NCBI GenBank assembly: GCA_965112735.1
Contig: OZ218952.1
Location: forward strand, 496,001 to 560,000
Reading direction: 5' to 3'
DNA from: Phaeosaccion multiseriatum
Lineage: Eukaryota; Protista; Ochrophyta, other classes
Length of the DNA stretch: 64,000 nucleotides
Translations under genes and position numbers: made by a program
Shown here: one piece after another, positions 53,101 to 64,000 of the stretch
How positions within the stretch are numbered: position 1 is the first letter of the stretch
Layout of the letters: every line of letters begins with the position of its first letter
Notes under the pieces: model-generated
Seen by the model: the letters and a program-made list of their open reading frames with translations, nothing else
The model's database searches: none
Told to the model about the DNA's origin: nothing

Positions 53101-56100
53101 CGGGAAGACCAGGTGAGCGTGGAGGGAGGGAGAGAGGGAGGGAGGAAAGGAGGGAGGGAGAAGGGGGGGGGGGCGTATGCTCGGAGGCTGCATACGTGCG
53201 TGCGTGCGTGCGTGCTTGTGTACCTTTGCATTCCTTCACACCCCTGCAAGCCGGTACGTGTGACCGTCATGCCTCCAAAAGCCGCCGATTTCCTTGACTC
53301 TCCGACTTGTTTAGTGATTTAAAAAGTACTTTCTGGACCTGGCTGTAATGCTATTCCTGTCGTTGAAACCCCCACCTCAGTCTGATGCAGACATTAAAGA
53401 ATGGAACTCCGTCTCGAACACGGGGGGAGATGGCCTCCACTGTAGGGGTGGGTGCTTCTGCTTGGCACTCTGAGGGGGATGAAGGGTCAGCAACCACCTT
53501 CACTGTGATTGACTGCGGAGGGCAAGCCTACTACCACGCTCTGCATAGGATTTTACCGGCGCATGAGGCTTCTCTTCTCCTCCTGTGGGATACCAAGACG
53601 TTCTGGGACGAAGAGGGAGATTGGGACGAGCTTCTGAGGAAGCAGGCGGGGCCCTGGGCGAGGTTGATGACTGACATGGGGAAGTCGGCGACTTTGTCAC
53701 TCGTAGGGAGTAGGATTGACCTGCTACCGTTGCTCAGCTGGAAGAAGCGATCCTTCAACTGGAGGAAGGCAAGCTTGCTTGACCTTGCAAAGAGGGTTCG
53801 AGAGGGCACGAAGGCGCTGCTTGTCGAAACAGGCTCGTCGGTTGTTTTGAAGGACGACATGCATCTGACCAGCTGTACGGACAGTCGGATATCGAAATGG
53901 TTTGGACATGAAGGGAAGGGCATCAAGGAGCTCAGAGAGAGGCTGGAAGGCATGGCATCCCGTCGGAAAATTGGTGACGGCTTAGCACAAGCTTTGCGTG
54001 CAGTCAGAGAGCGGGGAGAGGAGACGCATCAAGCGGGCAGAATCCTCGAGAGCATTGCTGAGATTGGGGGGAGTGTGCGTCAGAATAAGAAAAGCACGTG
54101 GTTCAGAGACAAGACTCTAAGCGAGCAGGAGGCTATGTTGAGGTGTGCTCTTCAGATGATGTAAGTGCCCTGGGGGGGAGAAAGACCGCGCAGCTTGCTG
54201 CTTCTTTGCTTCCTGTTCAATTGACTTTCCTGTCCCTTTTCTCTCGTCGTTTGTCTCTTCTGTTCAGGGAGAAGGAGGGGGAGGTGATTATCCTCGGGGA
54301 CGTGACGCAGGACGAAACTCTCGTGATCCTTAACGCGCAGTTCTTCGCCTCCATCGTCAGCCCCCTCCTCACACCCAGGCAGAAAGTCTTGTGGCCGAAT
54401 GAGAAAGACAAATACGTTCATCTGGATGAGGTAGGCATCATAGCTTTTCTTGCTCTCTTTGATCTGAACGAACGCACGTACAAGAGCGCGCATTCTCTGA
54501 TCGTTTTTGCTTCGTTTCTCTCCCTCTCCTGTTTATTCGCATGACTTTTGGCTTTCCAGGTCACTCCCCGTCGACAAACAAGTCCCTATAATTCTGGGAA
54601 TGAAGATCTGTGTGGAGTGCAGAATCTCGTCAACCCCTTGCTAGGACTTGTGGGCCACTCTTTCCTCAAGTCGTTGTGGGAAGGTGTCTTGTACTACCCA
54701 ACAAACCCGACTTCCGTGCTACCCGACGACGTGGTCACGAGCATGGTGGAGAAGCTCAAGACTCTCGATATCCTCTTTCCCGCGAGCCCCCTCGCCCTGC
54801 CCCAGCTTCGAGATGTTCCCCTCGGGGAAGAGAAGCTGTATCAAGTTTCGTGGCGCATGCCTGATGTCAGGGAGGAGCACGGCGAAACATTCGGTAAAGA
54901 GATTCAAGACAAAGTTCAAGGATGGTGCAGCGAGCTTCGACAATTCAAAAGTACGACAAAGCCGGCTCACGTTCTTCTCAATTGGGGCATCGAGGTGGAG
55001 GTGAAGTATGAACGGCCACTACCATCGGGGAGCGTGGAGGAGTTCGTAGCAAGGCTTGCGAATGGGGGATTGGGTCAAGCATCCTTGTGCTGGAAGCAAG
55101 GCGCGTGGTTCGTCCGAGAGGCTCAGTACTTTGCATGCTTGATGTACAACGAGGAATCCAAGGAGTTGGTCCTGCAGGCCTTTGGTGACTGGAAGGGGGG
55201 TGAGCGCGGCGCCCCATGGGCCGTAAGCTTTATGCTTCATCATGCGCCACACAGGAAGACGGTGAAGACGACTTTGAAGTGCCCCTTCTGTGCCAATCGA
55301 GTGGATGTCAAACAAAAGGTAAGGCTTGATGCGTCGTCCCAGCACAACCATTACTGAACCTCAAGTCGACTCTTCTTTTTGTACAGGGAGTACTGGGGTG
55401 TCAACTGGCTTGTCATATCGGGGATGAGCAGCAGGAGAATTGGGAGACCCTACAGGTCATCCGCAGTCTACCGGGGCCACTCCAAGATGGAGGGGATGCC
55501 CAGCGAAAGGACTGGGAGGATGCCTGGAAGGATGCCTGGAAGGCGCAGCGGGATCGAGCGCAGGACTTCAGCGACTATGTGAGTGTTTTTTTCGTTTTTG
55601 TTTTTTTAGTAAATTAAATGATTGTCTTCAGTGGATATTGTATGTTGCGTATCAGTAGATGATGTTGGATGGTGTCATGGCTTTTTTTCCAACAGCAGTG
55701 CCAGTCAACCTTTTCCCCCCCTATCACGCAGACACTCTACGCGTTCATCCTCTCCTTCTTTGATTGACTTGTTAGCTAACAGCAAATCCTCCCCCCCCTC
55801 CTCCTTAATTTTGATTTTGCGGTTTTGCGTCTCTGCAGCTTCAGGAGCTTCAGGCCCACACGCGCAGTGTGCTCACCATCGACATACCTTCCCCCCCCTC
55901 CTCACCAGGCCGTGTCCAAGGGCAAGAAGGGGGGTTGTCCAGCATATGTTCCAGCGTGTGTCCGTGGTTGTTTGATGGCATGACTTTTGGGGTCGAGTTT
56001 GGTGCAGTTGTATCAGTCTTGCTTGCAGGTGCAGGCATTCAGTGGTATTTTAAACCCATGCTTGTGACATGGGTGTTCATGGGCATCGTGTTTTTTGCAG

Positions 56101-56159
56101 CTGTATTTGCTTGGAAACGCCAAAAGAGGCTAAGGTCCGAACATCAGAAGCAGCGGTGA
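50135..56159 (+). CDS. ROCO-family protein: LRRNT cap, 11 one-exon LRRs, ROC GTPase, COR-like region, two C-terminal TM helices
   Basis: Cap ERAAL..W..W.GV..GHVVSLNL..N; GHIPSELG.L..L..L.L..N.LT repeats; G1 GHQGIGKTS, G2 STVG, G3 DCGGQ, G4 SRID, G5 TSC; downstream exons splice in frame to stop 56159. Confidence 0.88.
50542..52769 (+). repeat. Tandem exon-intron array of LRR cassettes (72-nt exon + 70-125-nt conserved intron)
   Basis: Exons 50896-50967, 51065-51136, 51254-51325, 51450-51521, 51638-51709, 51834-51905, 52031-52129 (99 nt), 52205-52276, 52347-52418, 52543-52614, 52698-52769; introns GTAAGTGGCAC...CTTTTCCTCCTCAACGCAG; degenerate copies at 50542 and ~50704. Confidence 0.95.
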
Positions 56160-57031
56160 GGTAAGGTGCCAAATAGGTCCTCTCAGAAACTTGGCGGGAA
56201 GAGCTTTCCTCCTTTGGACACACGTCTCGCTCACTAGCTAGCTCCAGGTAGTGACCGTAGGCTTGCTCAGCCCCCCTCAGCCGCCACTCTACGGTCTGCA
56301 GCTCACTGAAAACCCTTCTCGCTCATGCTTTCCTTACTGTATAGTGAACATAAAATCAAACCAAGTTTTTGTACCCTCGTGTCAGTTACACAGGAGCAGC
56401 CAGTGGCAGCAGTGACTTTGTGTTGCTAGATATCAACGCGCCTGCTGGAGGGTGTGATCTGCCGAAGGGCAAGTGAACCATGGCTAGATACATCTGCCTG
56501 TCGTTACGATTCACTTGCCCTTCTCAAGAGAGAGCTGCTCGGGGAAGAGCCCCCAGCCCAGCTAGAAATTGACGCGTTCTTTATTTACCTATCCTGGTTT
56601 TGACTTTTACACCCTCTATCGGCTACAGCTTGACTTGTCTGGTGATGTCTTTGGCTTACCGACTTCCGAAGGCCTTTGCTTCGCGAAGTCCATTTCTCAG
56701 GGGCGTCAGCGGCAGCAGCAGTTGGTGATACATAGCTAGTGATACAGCACTAGCAGCAACAGAAGGAGCAGTAGAGCCTCTGCCACGTACGCACCATGCT
56801 CTGTGCGCCTTGCTTCCCTCCGCGCCTCCACTTCCCGCTCGTATGCCTGGTTGCCGCTAGTCTTATGGAGTTTACAGGACCTGACCCTCCTTCCTATACG
56901 CGAGGCAGGCAGGCAGACAGAGGCGGAGGGCGACCTCTACTCTCTACAGCTCGACTCGTCCCTGTGCTGCTGCTTGCACGCGGAGGGCAGGGCAGCCTCT
57001 CACTTGCTCGCTCATGGCTGCATCTTTGCCT

Positions 57032-58448
57032 TCATCGTGCGGCGAGTATTGCTTCCTCCGCCCATCCCACCTGCTGCTCCCCTTGCTGCTGCTGCTGCTG
57101 CTGCTGCTGTTCGTCCCCACTGCCGTCTGGAGCGCCTCTGTGTTTGCTGGTGCTGCTGGTGCTGCTGGTGCTGTTGTTGTCATCCTCATGCCCGTCGTCG
57201 CCAGCCGTAGCATCCCCCTCCCCCTCCTCCCCCTCCTCCCCAATCGTGACGAGGAGCTGACCAGCTTCGAGGGCAAATGTGTCGGCCCCTTCTTGCCCCC
57301 CCCCATTACCCCCATCCACACTCCCATGGCCACTCCCATTGACACCAGCACTGCTTTGCTTGTCGTCCCCCTCCGTCGCGGCGCTCATGCCAATCACCCT
57401 CATCATCTCCACCACCGAAGGTCTCTCGCACAACATTTTGCTAATGCTGCCCACGCGGCCGTGCTTGTAGGCGAATGCCTCCGACAAGCCGAACGCCTCG
57501 CGATATTTGGGATTAAGGAGGATGTTATACGACGCCAGGCCCTTCATCAAGTCGCGCACCACGGCCCGTCCGAAGGGGATCTAATCAAGGGAAGGAGGCG
57601 GAAGGAAAGGGGAAGGGAAGGGAAGGGAAGGGAAGGGAAGGGAAGGGAAGATGTAAGGGGTAAAGGGTAAGAGGTAAGGTATGCGTGCGTTCGGTCGGTT
57701 GGTCGTTCCGTGGGTTGTTCGTTCGTCGTCCGAGGGCGTGCAGGGCAGGTGACCAAGAAGCAAGACGCATACACACACGCACGTTGGAGATGGTAGGAAG
57801 GTCTTCACACACATACACACACGTACACACACACACGCCAAGCAAGCCGACTTGAGGATCGTATGAGGCGCGATGAGAGGGAAGACAGCAGTGAGATGGA
57901 GCGCAGTAGGAAGAGGGGAGGAGAGAGGGAGAGACAAGAGGGAGACCCAAGACCAACCCAATATCCAATATGGCTGCCGGAAGCTCATATCCTTTGCTTC
58001 GCTCGGCCCTACTGCACTTTGCTCTACTTTGTGTTGCTCTGGTTGGCTTTACTTGACTTGACTTGACTTTGCTTTGCTTTGCTTTGCTTTGCTTTGCTTT
58101 GCTTTGTGTTGCTTTGTGTTGCTTTGCTTTGCTTTGCTTTGCTTTGCTTTGCTTTGCTTTGCTTTGCGTTGCTTTGCTTTGCTTTGCTTTGCGTTGCTTT
58201 GCATTGCGTACGTACCTGGACATCGTTCTTCTCGGCTTCAAGCTTCCTGAGCAGCGTGTTACCTGCTCCCCAGCCGAACAGCTGAAACAGCTTGCCGAGA
58301 AGCTGCACAGAGGGAGAGGACATGGCGGAAGGGGGAGGAGGAAGGGTGAGAGGAGGAGGTGAGAGTCGAGTCGAAGAGGGAGGGGCAAAGGGGGAGAGGC
58401 GAGGGGGTGAGAGGGAGAGAGATGAACGGAGATACACACACGCGTCGA

Positions 58449-58481
<33 letters not shown>

Positions 58482-58489
58482 GGAAAGAA

Positions 58490-58548
<59 letters not shown>

Positions 58549-59034
58549 GAAAGAGAGCCAGAGAGAGATACTGAGGAAACCCTGACTCACCGCGGTGACG
58601 GGTCTCCAGAACCATGTGTAGAGGATGTAGCCCAGCAGCACCAGGAAGGGCAGCAACAGGGGCCGCGAGGCGGGGGAGCGGAACTTGTCTGTGAACACGG
58701 AGGGGCCGTACGCAAAGTACGTGTGGATGCCTCCTGTGCGTGTGTGTGTGCGTGTGTGTGTGCGTGCGTGCGTCAGCGTTGGGGCCGGAGGAGATACGTG
58801 GGGGGCTTGAGTGCGTGTGTGAGTGTGTGCGTGACTGCGTGTGTGAGTGCGTGTGTGTGTGTGTGCGAGTGTGAGTGTGTACGTGAGTGCTTGCGTCAGC
58901 ATTGGGGCCGGGGGATGTGCGTGAGTGGGTGTGTGAGTCGGTGGCTGTGTCTGCGTGAGTGCGTGCGCGAATGCTTGTGTCAGCGTTGAGGTGGGGAGAA
59001 GTGCGTGGGGTGCGTGAGTGTATGCGTGCGTGTG

Positions 59035-59066
<32 letters not shown>

Positions 59067-62000
59067 TGCACTGTGTGCTGTGATGCTGTGATCTTTTCGT
59101 GTTGGACTGACTGACCTGGGTGTTCGTCAGAAGTCTCGAAAATCTGTCCATTGCCGTACATCCACACCCCCACCAGCACCTCCAACAGCAGCAGGTATGG
59201 CATTAGGCTCAACAGCCCCAAGATAACATCACTCGAGTACTGCGGCGGGATGCGGTAGATGTGAAAGAACATGAACTTCTCCACCCAAAAGAAGGTAAAG
59301 AAGGCGATGGCAGCAAATGGCAGCAGCACGGGGATACCCGGGCTGTACATGAGGCACACGGTGAAGATCATGCCAATATCGGTGTAGCGAGCCTGTCAAT
59401 GGGGTAGTGGTGGTGGTGGGGGGTGTCAGGACGAGGGAGGTGGCAGTGGAAATTACCTAACGTGTCACGTGTGTGCTTACGTAAGCACTTCGTACGTACC
59501 GATACATCCCACGAGATGCCCATGGCGAGGCGATTGAGCTCCTCCTGAGACACCGCCGAGGCCCACTTCTTCGTCCACCTGATCCCAGGTACCGTTACCA
59601 GAGGGACGTTATGGACGTTATGGACGTTACACATGTTACAGAGAAAGACACGACGTGTATGCAGTTATCAGGTTGGAAGTCGTTTATCAGGCCGGCACAT
59701 GGGTATGAGGCATGCATACGGGTATGAGGCAGTGTGTGGGGTATCGTACACTGGGGTAGCTAGGCAAGGTACAATAGGAGAGAAGATGGTCGCATTGCTC
59801 GGGGGTGGGACAGGAGTCAAGATGTCAAGAGGTACGGCGGAAGGTCGCTTCTTTTCCCTGCTCTGGAATCCCTCGGTTCGCCTATCAGCGCCGCCTCCCT
59901 CCCTCCCCCAACCCCCTCCTGTCTCCCAAGATGAGGATGGGAGTGAAACCACCGCGACTATTTCCTCGGCAAACAGATCTGTACAGGGCAAGGCACGCAC
60001 ACACCCACACCATTCCTCCCTGCCTCCCACCCACCCTCCCTTGCCCACTTACCCTCTCAGTCTCAGTAAAAAGTTGAATGTGACGGCGGCGTGAGGGATG
60101 AAGGTGTTCATTGCCATAGTCAGCATGAGGGCCGCTCCCGAGCTTCGGTACCAGCTAATGCTGAATGTCTTTGGGGTGGAGCATGATGGAGGCGTGTGGG
60201 AAGGGGAGGAGGGAGGGAGGACATCAGGACATCGCACAAGACAGAGCGTCAAACCGAAGCTCCGAGAAGCGACATCAGCATCGTCCTAGTCCAGACAGTC
60301 GAGGCAGAGACAACGTTCGGAATTGACAATAGAGGAAAAGGTTTCTGGCCTGCAGTGCATTTGCTTCGCCTGCAGCCAGCTCAATTTGGCGTACTCACTA
60401 ACTCACTCCTTCACCCCCTCACTCACCACGCCGTCGTTGGCAAGGTTGACTCCGAAGATGGCCGTGATGATGGTGCTGTAGGCGATGAGGCTACTCACGG
60501 CGGTGTTGATGAGCTTCAGCACGAGAGAGCGCTGGAAGATGGATAGCTCCATGAAGTTTAGAGATGTTTGCTTCTCTGTTGGTGGTGGGGAGGGAGGGAG
60601 GGGGGGAGAGAGAGAGACGGAGGGAGGGAGGGAGAGAGGGAGAGAGGGAGGCAGAGCAAGGGAGCGAGAGAGGGAAGAAGATGAAGGGAGGGGGGATATC
60701 AGACAAAGAAGGCATCCGTTTGTTGAAGTCACTGGCGCCCTAGCACCGCGGCAGAGGGGAGTGTCGCAGATCTGCCAACTCGCTCAGAGAAGCATAAGGG
60801 TGGAGGGTAGGACGACTGGGAGCGTGCACGGAGGAGACGAGAGGAGAGGAGACGCTGATACAGGCAAACCTCTCGCTTTCCTTTCAAAGTAGCGTAAGGT
60901 AGCGGAAGGGCACGTCAGCGTGATACCGTCGTGTGACGTGATAAATTCCCCCCAAGTAGTTGTACACGTGGTCATAACGTACCGAACGGGGCGATGACCC
61001 GCAGCAGCTTGGAGAAGCACACATTGACAAACACCACCATGAACGAACTCATCGTGGTGAGCAGCACCGACAGGAGCAGCGCCTTGACATACGAGTAGCA
61101 CACGTCCGAGGTCCCGGATAGCGAGGTCAGACTCTTGGAGGCGCAGTAGCAATGCAAGATGGTGTCGTCCTCATTCACCGCCTCCAGCTTCTCCGCGTTG
61201 GAGTAGTCGGACCAGGCTGCAGGGCACTCCGACTCTCCGCCCTCGGTCTGCACATTTGCCTGATACTCGAGGGCCTCGAAGGTCATGTACATTGAGGAGA
61301 GCAGCAGCCCCACTGCCAGGCTCATCGTAGCAGATCGACGCCAGAACACTTGTTATTTGAGGTTGTTGTTGTTGGTTGTTGTTGTTGTTGTTGGCGGTGG
61401 TGGTGGTGGTGGTAGTAGTAGTGGTGGTGGTGGTAGTGGTGGTGGTGGTGGTGGGGGTGGTGTGGTGGGAGTGGTGGAGACAAGCAGGTCAGATTCAGCA
61501 TAAGTATACACACACTGCCAAGCACCTACACCAGCAAGCACAAGCACGAGGAAAGCATATGCCGTTAGATCCTTCTCCTCCTCCTCCTCCTCCTCCTCCT
61601 CCTCCTCCTCCTCCTCCTCCTCCTCCTCCTCCTCCTCTTCCTCCTCCTCCTCCTCCTCCTCCTCCTCCTCCTCCTCCTCCTCCTCCTCCTCCTCCTCCTC
61701 CTCCTCCTCCTCCTCCTCCTCCTCCTCCTCCTCCTCCTCCTCCTCCTCCTCCTCCTCCTCCTCCTCCTCCTCCTCCTCCTCCTCCTCCTCCTCCTCCTCC
61801 TCCTCCTCCTCCTCACCTTCCCAGCCCCTGTACCCGAGGTTTTCCCACAGGATGGTGGTGGGGGGGGGCGCCCTCCGTGCAGAGATGCGGTGCCCTTTGA
61901 AACGCAGTTGGGGCTTCATGCAGAGCCAGCGGAAGATACTGAGGGGCGAGGAGGAGAAGGAGGAGGAGGAGGAGGAGGAGGAGGAGGAGGAGGAGGAGGA

Positions 62001-64000
62001 GAAGGAAGAGGAGGAGGAGGAGGAGGAGGAGGAGGAGGAGGAGGAGGAGGAGGAGGAGGAGGAGGAGGAGGAGGAGGAGGAGGAGGAGGAGGAGGAGGAG
62101 GAGGAGGAGGAGGAGGAGGAGGAGGAGGAGGAGGAGGAGGAGGAGGAGGAGGAGGAGGAGGAGGAGGAGGAGGAGGAGGAGGAGGAGGAGGAGAAGAAGA
62201 AGAAGAAGAAGAAGAAGAAGAAGAAGAAGAAGAAGAAGAAGAAGAAGAAGAAGAAGAAGAAGAAGAAGAAGAAGAAGAAGAAGAAGAAGAAGAAGAAGAA
62301 GAAGAAGAAGAAGAAGAAGAAGAAGAAGAAGAAGAAGAAGAAGAAGAAGAAGAAGAAGAAGAAGAAGAAGAAGAAGAAGAAGAAGAAGAAGAAGAAGAAG
62401 AAGAAGAAGAAGAAGAAGAAGAAGAAGAAGAAGAAGAAGAAGAAGAAGAAGAAGAAGAAGAAGAAGAAGAAGAAGAAGAAGAAGAAGAAGAAGAAGAAGA
62501 AGAAGAAGGAGGAGGAGGAGGAGGAGGAGGAGGAGGAGGAGGAGGAGGAGGAGGAGGAGGAGGAGGAGGAGGAGGAGGAGGAGGAGGAGGAGGAGGAGGA
62601 GGAGGAAGAGGAGGAGGAGGAGGAGGAGGAGGAGGAGGAGGAGGAGGAGGAGGAGGAGGAGGAGGAGGAGGAGGAGGAGGAGGAGGAGGAGGAGGAGGAG
62701 GAGGAGGAGGAGGAGGAGGAGCAAGAGGGTTGTTAGTATGCATTGCATCGAGTGGCGAGGAAGGGAGGGGGTGGAAGGAGGAGAGGCGAGGGGAGGAAGC
62801 TTTGTGCGTCTGAATGGGTGCCTTACATGGCCACTCTCTCACTCACTCACTCCCTCCCTCAGTCACTTACTCCCTCCCTCCCTCCCTCCCTCCCTCCCTC
62901 CCTCCCTCCCTCCCTCCCTCCCTCCCTCCCTCCCTCCCTCCCTCCCTCCCTCCCTCCCTCCCTCCCTCCCTCCCTCCCTCCCTCCCTCCCTCCCTCCCTC
63001 CCTCCCTCCCTCCCTCCCTCCCTCCCTCCCTCCCTCCTTTCCTCCCTCCCTCACTCACCTGACGCGGTAGCTCGCGATGGCATTGAGAGCTCCTTGCTCC
63101 ATCTCGAAGGTGATGTAAGCCGTAACGGGGGTCGCGTGGTGATCATCGTCCAGCTTAAGACGCTTCGCCTCAGCCATCTTGTCGATGATCTGGAGGCAGA
63201 TTTATAGAGGCGTATGGAGGCATACCGAGGCAAACGGGGCCATAAAGAAGGGGGGGAAGGAGGGAGGCGGGAGAGCGGGTGATGGGCAGGTACATGAACA
63301 TGCATATGGGCAGGCATATGGGCAGGCATATGGGCAGACAGACAAAGTAGGCATGTTCTGACCCCCATACGAGCTTACCTGGCGAGAGAGCTGGGTGCGT
63401 TTGTCTCGTATCTTTGTCTGTTCCACCGGAGAAGCGCGCACAGACAAACACACACACACACACACACGTACGCATACACAAGGATGAGGATTCCTCCAAG
63501 CACAGGCATGGACATGTCTTGTGGGACACCCGAGGGACGGCCAAGTACCCTCTCCCCCTCCCCCTCGCATCCACTGCCATCCTCACCTTCGCCTCCTCCG
63601 TATGCTTCGACTTGTTCACAGTATTGTAGAGACGCAGCTTGTCCATCAGCCTTGCCCTCTCCTTGTGAAGCTTTCCCGCCTTTCCGTAGTGGGCGATGGC
63701 TGCTCTGTTGTCTCGCCCGATAGACACCTCACTCACAGCGCACCCTGTAGGGCATATGGGAGGGATACGGGTAGTCAGGAGTCCAGGCAGAGCAGGTATA
63801 TGGGTGGTCATTCCATCAATTTCAGTTTAAGTTCTAGTCCAGGCAGCGCGTGCACGGGCAACCAACGCAAGCCAAGCCAAGGTAAGCTAAGGAAGCTTAG
63901 CTTAGCGGAGATGATGTTGGGTGAGGAGTGCGAAAGCGAGTGAAAGGCGAGACAGAGAGGGTGGGAGGGAGAAAGAGAGGAGGGGGAGAGAAAGAGAGAG
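57032..64000 (-). CDS. OSCA/TMEM63 (CSC1-like) mechanosensitive cation channel, 5' part outside the window; >=10 exons
   Basis: AYITFE, RAPPPTTILWENL, FEKQTS....E.SIF, INTA, WY..G, SQEELN, MYSPGIP.L.P, FWVEK....YRIPPQY; multiple TM segments. Confidence 0.85.
58050..58203 (+). repeat. Intronic (CTTTG)n pentanucleotide microsatellite
   Basis: gctttgcttt run. Confidence 0.9.
61576..61813 (+). repeat. Intronic (CCT)n microsatellite
   Basis: Near-perfect run. Confidence 0.95.
61948..62721 (+). repeat. Intronic compound microsatellite (GAG)n-(AAG)n-(GAG)n
   Basis: Near-perfect purine run of ~770 bp. Confidence 0.95.
62870..63051 (+). repeat. Intronic (CCCT)n microsatellite
   Basis: Perfect run. 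Confidence 0.95.

Noticed and set aside
61813-62842. Long poly-L/E/K/G/P/S ORFs
   Set aside because: Artefacts of intronic trinucleotide microsatellites

Overview
GC-rich, intron-containing, microsatellite-laden eukaryotic nuclear DNA. A RedCAP gene with a bipartite (ASAFAP-type) plastid-targeting leader points to a photosynthetic alga with a red secondary plastid, most likely an ochrophyte. Host genes, mostly in head-to-head pairs: SDR oxidoreductase (-), Cdc14 phosphatase (+), AIG2/GGCT-like (-), large Q/G-rich HAT/TPR protein (+), probable mitochondrial ATP synthase subunit b (-), RedCAP (+), PLOD-type glycosyltransferase-domain protein (-), ADA2 (+), intronless GT69-GT32-bulb-lectin fusion (+), METTL21-like methyltransferase (-), LRR-ROC-COR(-TM) ROCO protein (+), and a 5'-truncated OSCA/TMEM63 channel (-). 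Two highlights. (1) An 8,396-bp DNA transposon (6946-15341) with perfect 31-bp TIRs and a 7-bp TSD. It encodes a P-element-like transposase carrying a Cys-rich insert, an NHL-like beta-propeller, a BAH-like region and a PHD finger, plus a divergently transcribed Ulp1/SENP-like protease. (2) A ROCO gene whose LRRs are a tandem array of 11 symmetric phase-1 exons (72 nt) with near-identical introns, hypervariable surface codons and two dead pseudo-exons. Also present: two foldback/MITE-like elements and a dispersed CAG-embedded TTGGTGATA motif. All protein family calls are from motif recognition by eye, not database searches.
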